NCBI GenBank assembly: GCA_964592685.1
Contig: CAZQFN010000001.1
Coordinates: 1 to 63,063, forward strand
DNA length: 63,063 nt
Direction: 5' to 3'
DNA from: an uncultured Oscillospiraceae bacterium
GTDB lineage: Bacteria > Bacillota > Clostridia > Oscillospirales > Oscillospiraceae
Shown: in pieces, positions 18,549-28,097 of the stretch
Numbering within the stretch: position 1 is the stretch's first letter
Layout: the number at the start of each line of letters is the position of its first letter
Notes under the pieces: model-generated
Told to the model about the DNA's origin: nothing
Seen by the model: the letters and a program-made list of their open reading frames with translations, nothing else
Databases searched by the model: none
Position numbers and translations under genes: made by a program

Positions 18549-19673
18549 TCATCCCGCTCCCGCGATCTCGCGAAGTGCCTTCGCTGCCGCTGTCACTTCC
18601 CATTCGGTGTTAAACGGCGAAAAACTGAACCGCACCGTTCCGCCGTCCAGCGTCCCCGCTGTCCGATGGGCCAGCGGGGCGCAGTGAAGACCGGCGCGGA
18701 CCGCGATCCCTTTCTCCCCAAGACGCCTTGCTGCCTCCTCGCAATCCACGTTCTCCAGCTGCAGGGACAGAACACCGGTCTGGTTTTTCCGTTCGGTGCT
18801 CCGGAACACCCGGACGCCTGGCAGCTCTCCGATCTCATCCAGAAACTGATCCATCCGCTTTTGTTCATGCTCCAGAATGACAGATGCCTTCCGCTCCCTC
18901 ACCCATCGCATTCCTGCAAGCAGTCCCGCGATTCCGGGCATATTATGCGTTCCTGCCTCCAGCCGCTCCGGCAGCAGTTCCGGCATATCCATGCGTTCGC
19001 TTTCAGATCCCGTCCCACCTTCCATAAGCGGACTTGCCAGCCTCTGGCCGCAGAGGAGGATTCCCGTCCCCTGCGGGCCCAACAAGCCCTTATGCCCCGG
19101 CATAGCGGCAAACACGCAACCCAGCCTTTTAAAATCAATGTCCAGACATCCGGCGGACTGGGACATATCCACGATCAGCGGCACACCCGCCTGTCGGCAG
19201 AGTGCCGCGATCTCCTCCACCGGAAGAATATATCCAAACACGTTGGACACATGGCAGCAGACCGCCGCCGTGGCCCCGGGAAGAAGACGGCGAAAGGCAT
19301 CCACGGCCTTTGCCGGTTCGAACAGAGGCGAAGCCGCCACGGAAACATCCGCCCCCAGCGCGTGAAGCGGACGCATAACGGCGTTGTGCTCATATCCGGA
19401 GACAACAACACGGTCTCCCCTCCCCACCAGACTTTTGATGGCGATATTCAGACTATGCGTGGCGCTGGAAGTAATCACCACATGCTCCGGCTCCGCCACA
19501 CCCAGAAGGTCTCCGGCCGCCATTCTTGCATCCAGAAGCACATCTGCCGCATCCATAGCCGAAGCATATCCGCCCCGCCCGGGGCTGGAGAGGTTCGTCA
19601 ACGCGTCATTTACCGCATACCGCACCGACACCGGTTTCTGAAGACTGGTAGCGGCACTGTCCAGATATATCAC
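18549..19673 (-). CDS. Class-V aminotransferase-fold PLP enzyme (cysteine desulfurase / selenocysteine lyase-like)
   Basis: ..IYLDSAATSLQKP.., ..GYEHNAV.., ..VDMSQSAG.., ..MPGHKGLLGPQGTG.., ..LHCAPLAH.. The long N-terminal extension in the track (to 19904) is low-complexity, so the start is set to GTG 19673 with GGAGGAGG upstream. That start overlaps the DUF3343 stop (GTGA). Confidence 0.8.
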   Translation of the reverse strand: MIYLDSAATSLQKPVSVRYAVNDALTNLSSPGRGGYASAMDAADVLLDARMAAGDLLGVAEPEHVVITSSATHSLNIAIKSLVGRGDRVVVSGYEHNAVMRPLHALGADVSVAASPLFEPAKAVDAFRRLLPGATAAVCCHVSNVFGYILPVEEIAALCRQAGVPLIVDMSQSAGCLDIDFKRLGCVFAAMPGHKGLLGPQGTGILLCGQRLASPLMEGGTGSESERMDMPELLPERLEAGTHNMPGIAGLLAGMRWVRERKASVILEHEQKRMDQFLDEIGELPGVRVFRSTERKNQTGVLSLQLENVDCEEAARRLGEKGIAVRAGLHCAPLAHRTAGTLDGGTVRFSFSPFNTEWEVTAAAKALREIAGAG

Positions 19674-19921
19674 AAAACCGCCTCCTCCACCGAGCCGTCT
19701 TCCCGGCGAAGGAAGACTCTTTCCGGCCCGAGACCGTTCCGCCCAAGTACATGAACCGCCCGCTCCCCGTATCTGACCGGAACGAGAATGCCATAGGCGC
19801 AGCCGTTCACACTGATGCTTTTGGGCACCCGGGCAACTGTGCCCGTGATACCTGCCCGCTCCAGCACCCGGGCTCCGCGCTGGGCGTAGGTCAGGCTCCG
19901 GCACGTAAGCAAGTATTGCAT
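19670..19921 (-). CDS. DUF3343-like small protein (putative S/Se carrier-like)
   Basis: MQYLLTCRSLTYAQRGARVLERAGITGTVARVPKSISVNGCAYGILV.. The 83-aa size and pattern are as I recall for DUF3343. ATG 19921 lies 6 nt after GGGAGGA. Confidence 0.55.
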   Translation of the reverse strand: MQYLLTCRSLTYAQRGARVLERAGITGTVARVPKSISVNGCAYGILVPVRYGERAVHVLGRNGLGPERVFLRREDGSVEEAVL

Positions 19922-19968
19922 AAAAAATCCTCCCACCAATGGTTACAGCCCATTGTATGCGGGAGGAT
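19922..19968 (-). terminator. Intrinsic terminator after ispF whose 3' arm is the SD of the next gene
   Basis: Outer stem ATCCTCCC/GGGAGGAT (19927-19934 / 19961-19968), inner stem CAATGG/CCATTG. On the minus strand it reads ..GGGAGGATTTTTTATG. Confidence 0.7.
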
Positions 19969-19978
19969 GATGATTCTG

Positions 19979-20455
19979 TTACGATATGCGGTCAAGAAGC
20001 ACAACCGCATGGCAGCGCATGCCTTCGCCCTTCCCGGTGAATCCCATATGTTCTTCTGTGGTGGCCTTCACGCTTACCGCCGAGACCTCCAGACCCATAT
20101 CAGAGGCAATATTTTCCCGCATCTGCTGGATGTACGGAGCCAGCTTCGGCCGCTGGGCGATCATGGTGATATCGCAGTTCTCCACAAAATAGCCAAGTTC
20201 CTTTATCCTGCGAACCGCCTCACGGAGAATGATGCGGCTGTCTATGCCTTTGATGGCGGGATCGGTGTCCGGAAACAACTTTCCGATGTCCCCCAGTGCC
20301 GCCGCGCCGAGAACCGCATCCGCCAGCGCATGAAGAAGAACATCCGCGTCGGAATGGCCGTCGAGCCCCTTTTCACAGGGGATCTCCACCCCGCCAAGAA
20401 TCAGCTTTCGCCCCTCCACCAAACGGTGAGCATCGTATCCGTGTCCAATCCTCAT
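19979..20455 (-). CDS. ispF: 2-C-methyl-D-erythritol 2,4-cyclodiphosphate synthase
   Basis: [27 protein letters not shown].. Confidence 0.95.
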   Translation of the reverse strand: MRIGHGYDAHRLVEGRKLILGGVEIPCEKGLDGHSDADVLLHALADAVLGAAALGDIGKLFPDTDPAIKGIDSRIILREAVRRIKELGYFVENCDITMIAQRPKLAPYIQQMRENIASDMGLEVSAVSVKATTEEHMGFTGKGEGMRCHAVVLLDRIS

Positions 20456-21174
20456 TCAGCACACCTGCCTTTCAGAATCAGTTCCGCCAGACACAGATCC
20501 AGCGGCGTCGTGATTTTAATATTCTCCTCGCTGCCTTCGGTCAGATGGATCTTGCCGCCCAGGCGCTCCACCGCCATGCAGTCATCCGTTACCTGAGGCG
20601 CATTTCGCACAGCATCCTCCAGCGCCACGCGGATAAGATCCGCCTGGAAGCACTGGGGCGTCTGGACCGCATAAAGCCCGCTGCGCTCCGGCGTTTCCGT
20701 CACAATACCTTTTTCCGCTTTCTTGACGGTGTCCCGCACCGGAACAGCCGGAACGGCACAGTTGTTTTTATAGGCCTGCCAGACAGCATCCTCGATGATT
20801 CTTTCCGTCACAAGAGGTCTGGCTCCATCGTGGATAGCAATGATCCCCGCCTTCTCCGAAACGGACATAACGCCTGCATAGGAGGACAAAACACGGGTGG
20901 CTCCTCCGGCTACCACCTGGGAGACTTTGGAAAACGCTCGTTCCTTGCACATGCGGGCCATGTCCATCATGGCCTCCTCCCGCGTCACAAGAACGATTTC
21001 ATCCACCATGGAAGAATTCTGGAAAGCACGAAGGCTGTGGGCCAGCACAGGTTCTCCGCCCAGCTCCGCTGTGAGCTTGTCTCCGCCAAATCGGGTTCCG
21101 GAACCGCCCGCCACGATTACCGCCGAAACAAAAGGACGGCGGGTATTTTTCAGTACAGTGGATAGTACAGACAT
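20452..21174 (-). CDS. ispD: 2-C-methyl-D-erythritol 4-phosphate cytidylyltransferase
   Basis: ..[17 protein letters not shown].., ..IHDGARP.. Start set to ATG 21174 (MSVLSTV) with GGAGGA 7 nt upstream. ATGA overlap with ispF. Confidence 0.9.
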   Translation of the reverse strand: MSVLSTVLKNTRRPFVSAVIVAGGSGTRFGGDKLTAELGGEPVLAHSLRAFQNSSMVDEIVLVTREEAMMDMARMCKERAFSKVSQVVAGGATRVLSSYAGVMSVSEKAGIIAIHDGARPLVTERIIEDAVWQAYKNNCAVPAVPVRDTVKKAEKGIVTETPERSGLYAVQTPQCFQADLIRVALEDAVRNAPQVTDDCMAVERLGGKIHLTEGSEENIKITTPLDLCLAELILKGRCAE

Positions 21175-21259
21175 ACGCATTCCTCCACATATCTGCATTC
21201 TTTGTCCCATATATTATAGCCGGTCCCGATGCTTTGCGCAAGGGAACACATTCCGCACA

Positions 21260-22792
21260 ATGGGAGGGATCGCCTTGCTTCGGGACAAAAAACTTGCACT
21301 GAACACCGCTCTGCTCACCGTCTCCGGTCTCGCCATGCGCTTCGTGGGCATGATTTGGCAGGTGTGGCTGGTGGGCCGCATCGGCGAGGCGGGCATCGGG
21401 CTGTATCAGCTGGTGGTCAGCGTCAGCACCCTGGCCGCCACGGTGGCTGTTTCGGGTATCCGGTATACCACCACCCGGCTGGTTTCCGAGGAGATCGGGC
21501 TGGACAGACATTCCGGCGCGGCACAGGCCCTCACCGCCTGCATGCTTTATGGTCTGTTTTTCGGTCTGGCCGCAGGACTCATCCTCATGCTGACCGCGGA
21601 ACCGGCAGGATTCCTGTGGTTGGAGGATGCACGCACTGTGCGCCCCCTGATGCTGCTGGCGCTTGAGATGCCGCTTATCGGTATCACATCGGTCATGTAC
21701 GGCTATTTCACCGCCGTAGGCCGCGTCTGGAAAGGCGTATGCGTCTCCGTAATCCAGCAACTGGTGACCATCGCTGCCACGGCGCTGCTTCTGTCCCACT
21801 GTCCGGATGGAAATCTGGAATACGCCTGTCTTTCCATCACCGCCGGCCAGCTTCTGGGCGCCGGCTTTGAGGCTCTGGCACTGACCGTCACCTATATCAC
21901 AGACCGCATCCGCCATGGGATCCGCCGGGTAAGAAGCCCCGTAACTCTCCCGGTCATGACAAACCGGATGCTGGCCATCGCCTTGCCGCTGGCCGGCGCG
22001 GCATATGCCAGAAGCGGCCTTTCGACCCTGCAGCATCTTCTTGTCCCCAAAGGACTGCGGGCCTCCGGCCTTGCCTCTGCCGCCGCACTGGCCGGATACG
22101 GCATCATTCAGGGCATGGCACTTCCCGCCGTCCTCTTCCCATCCTGCGTCATGCTGGCCATAGCGGAGCTGATCGTCCCCAAGCTAACCGAGCAGCAAGT
22201 CCGGGGAGAAGCCGAAAGAATCCGCCGCACAACGGAGAACATTCTGGAAAAGGGCCTCATGTTTTCCGCTCTGACCGGAGCGCTCTTTCTGGCTCTGGGG
22301 GACGAGTTGGGTCTTGCTCTATATGATTCCCGGGACGCCGGGGTTTACATACAGATATTTGCCCTTATCATTCCGGTAATGTATTTGGATATGCTCACAG
22401 ACGGCTGTCTGAAGGGTCTGGGCGAGATGATGTTCTGCATGGCAGTAAACATTGCGGATGCCGGTCTTTCCGCCCTTCTTGTATGGCTTTTGCTGCCCCG
22501 CTGGGGCCTCCCTGCCTACATATTCGTCATCTGCTTCACGGAAGCATTCAACTTCCTTCTGAGCCTGTGGCGGCTTCGGGAAAAAGTCGGCATCGCACTC
22601 CGTCTGCGCACGATGGGAAAGATATCGTTTCTGGCCGTCCTTTCCGGCGCCTGTGCCCGGCTTTTGTGCAAAACAATAAGCGCCGGGACCGGCGTCCCAG
22701 CGCTTATTCTATCCGCATCAGCGGGAATTGTTATCTTTCTTTCCGGGCTTATCAAGCCTGGGGAGGAAGCAGGCAGACCAGCATCTTGGTGA
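21260..22792 (+). CDS. spoVB: MOP-superfamily flippase, stage V sporulation protein B-like
   Basis: About 14 TM helices. The N-terminus MGGIALLRDKKLALNTALLTVSGLAMRFVGMIWQVWLVGRIGEAGIGLYQLV is typical of SpoVB/MurJ-like proteins. Track ORF 20897.. extends spuriously through the ispD antisense. Confidence 0.7.
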   Translation: MGGIALLRDKKLALNTALLTVSGLAMRFVGMIWQVWLVGRIGEAGIGLYQLVVSVSTLAATVAVSGIRYTTTRLVSEEIGLDRHSGAAQALTACMLYGLFFGLAAGLILMLTAEPAGFLWLEDARTVRPLMLLALEMPLIGITSVMYGYFTAVGRVWKGVCVSVIQQLVTIAATALLLSHCPDGNLEYACLSITAGQLLGAGFEALALTVTYITDRIRHGIRRVRSPVTLPVMTNRMLAIALPLAGAAYARSGLSTLQHLLVPKGLRASGLASAAALAGYGIIQGMALPAVLFPSCVMLAIAELIVPKLTEQQVRGEAERIRRTTENILEKGLMFSALTGALFLALGDELGLALYDSRDAGVYIQIFALIIPVMYLDMLTDGCLKGLGEMMFCMAVNIADAGLSALLVWLLLPRWGLPAYIFVICFTEAFNFLLSLWRLREKVGIALRLRTMGKISFLAVLSGACARLLCKTISAGTGVPALILSASAGIVIFLSGLIKPGEEAGRPASW

Positions 22793-23132
22793 CGGTGTCG
22801 CCGTTGTTGGTGACGGACTTGACAACGCCGCCCACGCAGCGGAAGGAGTCACCGGCGTTGAGGACGGTCTCTTCTTCCTCGGTCTTCAGGGTCATCTGAC
22901 CCTCAAGGATGTAGTAGATGGACTCCAGAGGGTTGGCACCGAAATCGGTGCGACCGCCGGGCTGGAAGTAGGTGATGCCCATAATCATCTTGCCGCCTTC
23001 GACGTCGTTGGGGCCGGCGCCGGCAATGTCGTGCAGACGGGTGGGTTCGCAATCATAGTGGCCGGGAGCGGAGTAGGTGTAAACGGTGCTGCCCTCAGCG
23101 CCCTTAGCTCTCTGGATTCTGTACTTTGCCAT
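22752..23132 (-). CDS. Cupin-domain protein
   Basis: 126 aa with a beta-rich cupin signature (GITYFQPGGRTDFGANPLESIYYILEGQMTL..AGDSF). Strong codon bias and an AAGGAAG SD. Confidence 0.7.
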   Translation of the reverse strand: MAKYRIQRAKGAEGSTVYTYSAPGHYDCEPTRLHDIAGAGPNDVEGGKMIMGITYFQPGGRTDFGANPLESIYYILEGQMTLKTEEEETVLNAGDSFRCVGGVVKSVTNNGDTVTKMLVCLLPPQA

Positions 23133-23309
23133 AATATATGACTTCCTTTCACATGATGTATTCGTTCAAATTATATGAATGACACAGATAATGCGCGGTT
23201 TTCCGCAGAAAACCACTTGTTAAGTTTAGCACGATTCTTTCCAAGATGCAAGTATACTTTGACAGATAGCGCAAGATTTGGTATGGTTTAGGCAAGGAAG
23301 TGATACTGT

Positions 23310-24083
23310 ATGATTCTGACAATCGATCTGTCCAACACACAGATCACCATGGGCGGTGTTGAAAACGGAAACGTTCTTTTTTCCTGCCGTCTTGCAACGG
23401 AAAAAATGCGCACCGGAGACGAATATGCCGTCCTTATGCGGCTGATGCTCCAGCCCTATGTCCCGGATCTCGCCGCGCTGGAAGGCTCCATTCTCTCCTC
23501 CGTGGTCCCGGAGCTGACATCCTCCATAAGGAAGGCCCTTCTTCTGGTAACAGGAAGATCCCCCATGGTAGTCGGCCCCGGCGTCAAAACGGGTCTTAAC
23601 ATCCGTCTGGACGATCCCTCGGAGCTCGGAAGCGACTTTGTGGCAGCTGCCGTTGCCGCCCAGGCCGACTATCCCCTTCCGGTCGTCACCGTAGATATGG
23701 ATACCGCCATGGGCATCGGCGTGACCGACGCCACCGGAGCTTACATCGGCGGCGTAATCGCGCCGGGTGTGATGATCTCTTCCAACGCCCTTACCAGACG
23801 GGCCTCCCTTCTCCCCAACGTTATGCCCAAAGCCCCGGGTCACATCATCTGCAAACGAACCGAGGAAAGCCTCCGTTCCGGTATCATCTACGGCGCAGCC
23901 GCCATGCTGGACGGTCTTCTCATGGGCATCGACGAGGAGCTGGGCCAGCCGGCCAGCGTGGTAGTCACCGGCACCTGGGCGGAAGCCGTAGCGCCCCACT
24001 GCCGCCGGAAAAACGTTCAGATCGACAAGGATCTCATCCATCGCGGTCTCTGGCTCATCTGGAAGAAAAACCAGAAGAAATAA
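23310..24083 (+). CDS. coaX: Type III pantothenate kinase
   Basis: MILTIDLSNTQITMGG.., ..VVTVDMDTAMGIGV.., ..GGVIAPG.. Confidence 0.9.
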   Translation: MILTIDLSNTQITMGGVENGNVLFSCRLATEKMRTGDEYAVLMRLMLQPYVPDLAALEGSILSSVVPELTSSIRKALLLVTGRSPMVVGPGVKTGLNIRLDDPSELGSDFVAAAVAAQADYPLPVVTVDMDTAMGIGVTDATGAYIGGVIAPGVMISSNALTRRASLLPNVMPKAPGHIICKRTEESLRSGIIYGAAAMLDGLLMGIDEELGQPASVVVTGTWAEAVAPHCRRKNVQIDKDLIHRGLWLIWKKNQKK

Positions 24084-24138
24084 ATGTTTATCCACGCCAC
24101 CAAGATGCGAAACACCGAAAAATTCCTGGTTCAACGCC

Positions 24139-24173
24139 AAAAAGGAGACGAGCAGCTTGCTCGTCTCCTTTTT
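24139..24173. terminator. Bidirectional terminator between coaX and nfnB
   Basis: AAAAAGGAGACGAGC-loop-GCTCGTCTCCTTTTT: a 10-bp stem flanked by A- and T-runs. Confidence 0.8.
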
Positions 24174-24192
24174 GTATATTCCGGTATGTATC

Positions 24193-25587
24193 TTACTTAT
24201 TCTTCAGATACTCCACGATGCCGGCAGCAGCGACCTTGCCCGCGCCCATGGCCTTGATGACGGTGGCAGCGCCGGTGACAGCGTCGCCGCCAGCAAACAC
24301 GCCGGGACGGGAAGTGGCGCCGGTGGCGTCATCCGCCACGATGCCGCCCTTCTTGGTGGCATCCAGGCCGGGGGTGGTAGCCAGGATCAGGGGATTGGGG
24401 CTGGTGCCGATGGCGATGATGACGGAGTCAACATCGATGACATACTCGCTGCCCTCGACCTCAACAGGCTTGCGGCGGCCGGAAGCATCGGGCTCGCCCA
24501 GCTCCATCTTCACGACCTTGATGCCGGTGACATAGCCGTCCTCATTGCCCACGATCTCCACGGGGTTGTTGAGAAGCTTGAAGATAACCTCTTCCTCCAT
24601 GGCATGATGGACCTCTTCCTTACGGGCGGGGAGCTCATCCATGGAACGGCGGTAGATGACATAGACCTCATCAGCACCCAGACGCTTCGCACTGCGGGCC
24701 GCGTCCATGGCAACGTTGCCGCCGCCGACGATGGCAACCTTCTTGCCGATGCGGATGGGTGTGTCATATTCGGGCAGATAAGCCTTCATGAGGTTGGTAC
24801 GGGTAAGGATCTCATTGGCAGAGAACACACCCAGCAGGTTCTCACCGGGGATATTGAGGAACTGAGGCAGACCGGCACCGGAGCCGATGAACACAGCCTC
24901 GTAGCCCTCTTCAAAGAGCTCGTCGATGCTCTCGGCGCGGCCGATGACCGCGTCGGTCACGATGCGGACGCCAAAATGCTCCAGCTTCGCGATCTCCTTG
25001 GCCACGATGGCCTTGGGCAGACGGAATTCGGGGATACCATAGACCAGCACGCCGCCAGCCTTGTGAAAAGCCTCGAAAATAGTGACTTCATAACCCTTGC
25101 GGGCCAGATCGCCGGCGCAGGTCAGACCGGCAGGGCCAGAACCGACAACCGCGACCTTATGACCGTTGGAAGCAGGAACGACAGGAGCGCCATCGGCATG
25201 GCCATGCTCCATGTGGTAGTCGGCCACGAAACGCTCCAGACGGCCGATGCCCACCGGCTCGCCCTTGATACCACGGACACACTGACCCTCGCACTGATTC
25301 TCCTGAGGGCAGACACGGCCGCAGACAGCGGGCAGGCTGTTGGTGGAGGTGATGATCTTGTACGCCTCGTCGAAGTTGCCTTCAGTGACCTGCGCGATGA
25401 ACTCGGGAATGCGAACGGCCACAGGGCAGCCGGACATGCACTTGGCATTCTTGCAGTTGAGGCAGCGCTTGGCCTCGTCAATGGCCATCTCGGCGGTGTA
25501 ACCCTGAGCGACCTCTTCAAAATTCTTGTTGCGAACCAGAGGCTCCTGCTCGGGCATCGGGTTCTTGTCCATACGCATATTAGCCAT
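24193..25587 (-). CDS. nfnB: NADPH-dependent glutamate-synthase-beta-like FAD/Fe-S oxidoreductase (NfnB/SudA type)
   Basis: N-terminal Cys clusters (CLNCKNAKC..GCP; CGRVCPQENQCEGQC) and two Rossmann GxGxxG motifs (VAVVGSGPAG, VAIVGGGNVAMD). It is paired with the NfnA-like gene. Confidence 0.8.
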   Translation of the reverse strand: MANMRMDKNPMPEQEPLVRNKNFEEVAQGYTAEMAIDEAKRCLNCKNAKCMSGCPVAVRIPEFIAQVTEGNFDEAYKIITSTNSLPAVCGRVCPQENQCEGQCVRGIKGEPVGIGRLERFVADYHMEHGHADGAPVVPASNGHKVAVVGSGPAGLTCAGDLARKGYEVTIFEAFHKAGGVLVYGIPEFRLPKAIVAKEIAKLEHFGVRIVTDAVIGRAESIDELFEEGYEAVFIGSGAGLPQFLNIPGENLLGVFSANEILTRTNLMKAYLPEYDTPIRIGKKVAIVGGGNVAMDAARSAKRLGADEVYVIYRRSMDELPARKEEVHHAMEEEVIFKLLNNPVEIVGNEDGYVTGIKVVKMELGEPDASGRRKPVEVEGSEYVIDVDSVIIAIGTSPNPLILATTPGLDATKKGGIVADDATGATSRPGVFAGGDAVTGAATVIKAMGAGKVAAAGIVEYLKNK

Positions 25588-26434
25588 GCTCTCTTACACC
25601 TCCGGTGATGCGGCAAATGTGGTTCATTGCCTCTTTTTCTTCCTCGCCATAGTAGGTGGAACGCTTGATGATACCGTCCCAGTCCACCAGATGACCGTCA
25701 AACTCAGGACCGTCCACGCAGGCGAACTTGGTTTCGCCGCCAACCGTCAGACGGCAGGCGCCGCACATGCCGGTACCGTCCAGCATGATGGGGTTCATGG
25801 AAACGATGGTGTGAACACCGTACTCCTTGGTGGCCTCGCAGACGCGCTGCATCATGCGGGTGGGGCCAACGCACATGACTTCGTCATACTCGTTGCCTGC
25901 ATCCAGAAGTTCCTTCATCTTGGTGACGTTGAAGCCAGCCTCGCCATAGGAGCCGTCGTCGGTGGTGATGTAGAGGTTGGTGACACCGGCGCGCATCTCA
26001 TCCTCCAGGATAACGATATCCTTGGAACGGAAGCCGGCGACCATGTCCACATGGATACCGCGGTCATGCATACCCTTGGCAACGGGATACGCAATGGCAT
26101 TGCCAACACCGCCGCCCACAACGCAAACGCGCTTCAGGCCTTCCATGTTGGTGGGACGACCGAGAGGACCAACGAAGTCGGCAATATAATCGCCGGCCTC
26201 AAGAAGGTTCAGCATACGGGTGGTCTTACCAACGGGCTGCACCATGATGGTGACAGTACCCTTCTCCGTATCAGCAGCAGCAATGGTGACGGGAACGCGC
26301 TCACCAAATTCGTCCAGACGGAAAATGATGAACTGGCCGGGCTGAGCCTTACGCGCAACCAGCGGAGCCTCGATCACGAACTCGACGACAGTTTTCGCTT
26401 CGTTAAGAGGACGCTTACTAACAATTTTGAACAT
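25580..26434 (-). CDS. nfnA: Sulfide/dihydroorotate-dehydrogenase-like FAD/NAD-binding subunit (NfnA type)
   Basis: MFKIVSKRPLNE.., ferredoxin-reductase-like fold and a C-terminal 2Fe-2S Cys motif (MCGACR..CVDGPEF). Start ATG 26434 with a GGGGGAT SD. Confidence 0.8.
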   Translation of the reverse strand: MFKIVSKRPLNEAKTVVEFVIEAPLVARKAQPGQFIIFRLDEFGERVPVTIAAADTEKGTVTIMVQPVGKTTRMLNLLEAGDYIADFVGPLGRPTNMEGLKRVCVVGGGVGNAIAYPVAKGMHDRGIHVDMVAGFRSKDIVILEDEMRAGVTNLYITTDDGSYGEAGFNVTKMKELLDAGNEYDEVMCVGPTRMMQRVCEATKEYGVHTIVSMNPIMLDGTGMCGACRLTVGGETKFACVDGPEFDGHLVDWDGIIKRSTYYGEEEKEAMNHICRITGGVREHG

Positions 26435-26545
26435 ATCTATCCCCCTAGAAATAATAAATTTCAAAATCCAAACGAACCTATTATAACAACACTTAATTGA
26501 AATGGGAAGAAAAGTTTACTGTTTAACAACGACATTGCATGGTCG

Positions 26546-27892
26546 TCAAGGGTTTTCCTTCCTCTGGAGAGCTTTCACCACTGAGCTGAAACCCATGGCG
26601 TTGCTGGCCTTCACAAGAACGGAGTCCCCCTCTCGCAAATGAGCGGAAAGCTCGCACAGCAGCCCGTCCGTATCCGCAAACCAAAGAGCATCCTCTCCCG
26701 CGCCCTCCGCCGTATTCCGGGAGAGCAGTCCACAGGCAATGACCTTGATCCCAAGAGAAGCGGCATATTCTCCCAACATGCGGTGCATCACCGGCCCGGA
26801 CTCGCCAAGCTCCAGCATGTCCCCCAGGATGGCGACCTTTCGCCCGGGAAGTGATGCCAGATTCCGAAGGGCCGCCTGGCAACTGGTAGGATTGGCGTTA
26901 TAGCAGTCGTCCAGGATCGTCATACCGCCGCTCTGCAGAACGCGTCCGCGGCTGCCCACAGTCTCATAGGCGGCAATCCCCGCCTGGATTTCCTCATCCG
27001 TGAGCCCGAGCTCAATGCCCACCGCAGCGCCCATCAGGGCCGCATAAACCATATGCTGGCCAAAAGCCGGAATTTTCACCGGAATGCGACGCCAGCCGGA
27101 AAGGATCGTGCATCGCATGCCTTCCAGACCGTCATTTTCCACATCGATGGCCCGCACGTCGCAATGCTCCCCAAAACCAAAGAGCACCGTGCGCCGTTCA
27201 AAATCATGTTCCTTCAGATATCCATCGTCTCCGTTCGCAATAACGATGCCATCCGCCGGCATGCCGGAGACCATTTCACTCTTGGCTCTGAGCACACCGG
27301 CCCGATCACCCAGAAACTCCAGATGGGCATCCCCGATAAGCGTATATACGGCAATGCCGGGATGAACCATATCCGCCAGACGGGTCATCTCTCCAAAGGA
27401 GGATATCCCCATCTCCACCACGGCAGCCTCATGCTCCGGCCGGAGGCGGAACAGTGTAAGGGGAACGCCCAGTTCGTTGTTGAAATTTTTCTCGGTCTTC
27501 AGCGTATTGTACCGGGCAGCCAGTACCGCGGCGATCATTTCCTTGGCAGTGGTCTTTCCCACGGAACCGGTCACACCGACGAAGGGGCAATCAAACTGAC
27601 TGCGGTAAAACGCCGCAATAGCCCGGAGGGCCTTCTGCGTATCCGGCACAATGATCTGTGCTATATCCGTTTCCACCGCGCGGCTGCAGAGCACGCACGC
27701 CGCTCCCTGTTCTGCCGCAGAGGAAATAAAATCATGACCATCCACCCGGGCGCCGGGAATGGCCGCAAACAGACAGCCCGGCACTACGGCGCGGCTGTCT
27801 GTGGTAATGGCGGTGACCTCCTGAGAGGGCAGCTCGCCAATGGCTTCACCGCCGGTAATATCCCGAAGGATGGCAGGTGTCAGATGCTGCAT
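26546..27892 (-). CDS. murF: UDP-N-acetylmuramoyl-tripeptide--D-alanyl-D-alanine ligase
   Basis: Mur ligase motifs (GVTGSVGKTT, ..DDCYNANP..). Confidence 0.9.
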   Translation of the reverse strand: MQHLTPAILRDITGGEAIGELPSQEVTAITTDSRAVVPGCLFAAIPGARVDGHDFISSAAEQGAACVLCSRAVETDIAQIIVPDTQKALRAIAAFYRSQFDCPFVGVTGSVGKTTAKEMIAAVLAARYNTLKTEKNFNNELGVPLTLFRLRPEHEAAVVEMGISSFGEMTRLADMVHPGIAVYTLIGDAHLEFLGDRAGVLRAKSEMVSGMPADGIVIANGDDGYLKEHDFERRTVLFGFGEHCDVRAIDVENDGLEGMRCTILSGWRRIPVKIPAFGQHMVYAALMGAAVGIELGLTDEEIQAGIAAYETVGSRGRVLQSGGMTILDDCYNANPTSCQAALRNLASLPGRKVAILGDMLELGESGPVMHRMLGEYAASLGIKVIACGLLSRNTAEGAGEDALWFADTDGLLCELSAHLREGDSVLVKASNAMGFSSVVKALQRKENP

Positions 27893-28097
27893 AATGTACC
27901 TTACCTTTCTAAATGGTGCTTATATACTCACAGGATTCCGGGCATTCCGGTCCCCTGCCGTCTTTCAATTTCATCCTTGCCTCATATATGCATAACAGAT
28001 TTATTTTACCATATTCTCGGGTTTATCGCAATTCTATTGTTATTTCCGGGAATTTATGCTAGAATAACTTGCTATTTACAGAGGAAGGAAACATATC

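Noticed and set aside
20897-21259. N-terminal 121-codon extension of the spoVB-like ORF
   Set aside because: The extension is the antisense of ispD and is non-hydrophobic. The membrane protein starts sensibly at ATG 21260, in the divergent intergenic region.
24157-25608. Long antisense ORFs opposite well-supported genes: 24157..25608, 48670..50601, 52911..54815, 44715..45875, 35189..36973, 18666..19754, 20999..22036, 51360..52583, 58201..59367, 57358..58170 and 14251..15108
   Set aside because: Each lies entirely opposite a gene with clear family motifs. Their translations are low-complexity and Arg/Gly/Ala/His-rich, which is typical of stop-poor antisense frames in GC-rich DNA. None has an SD.
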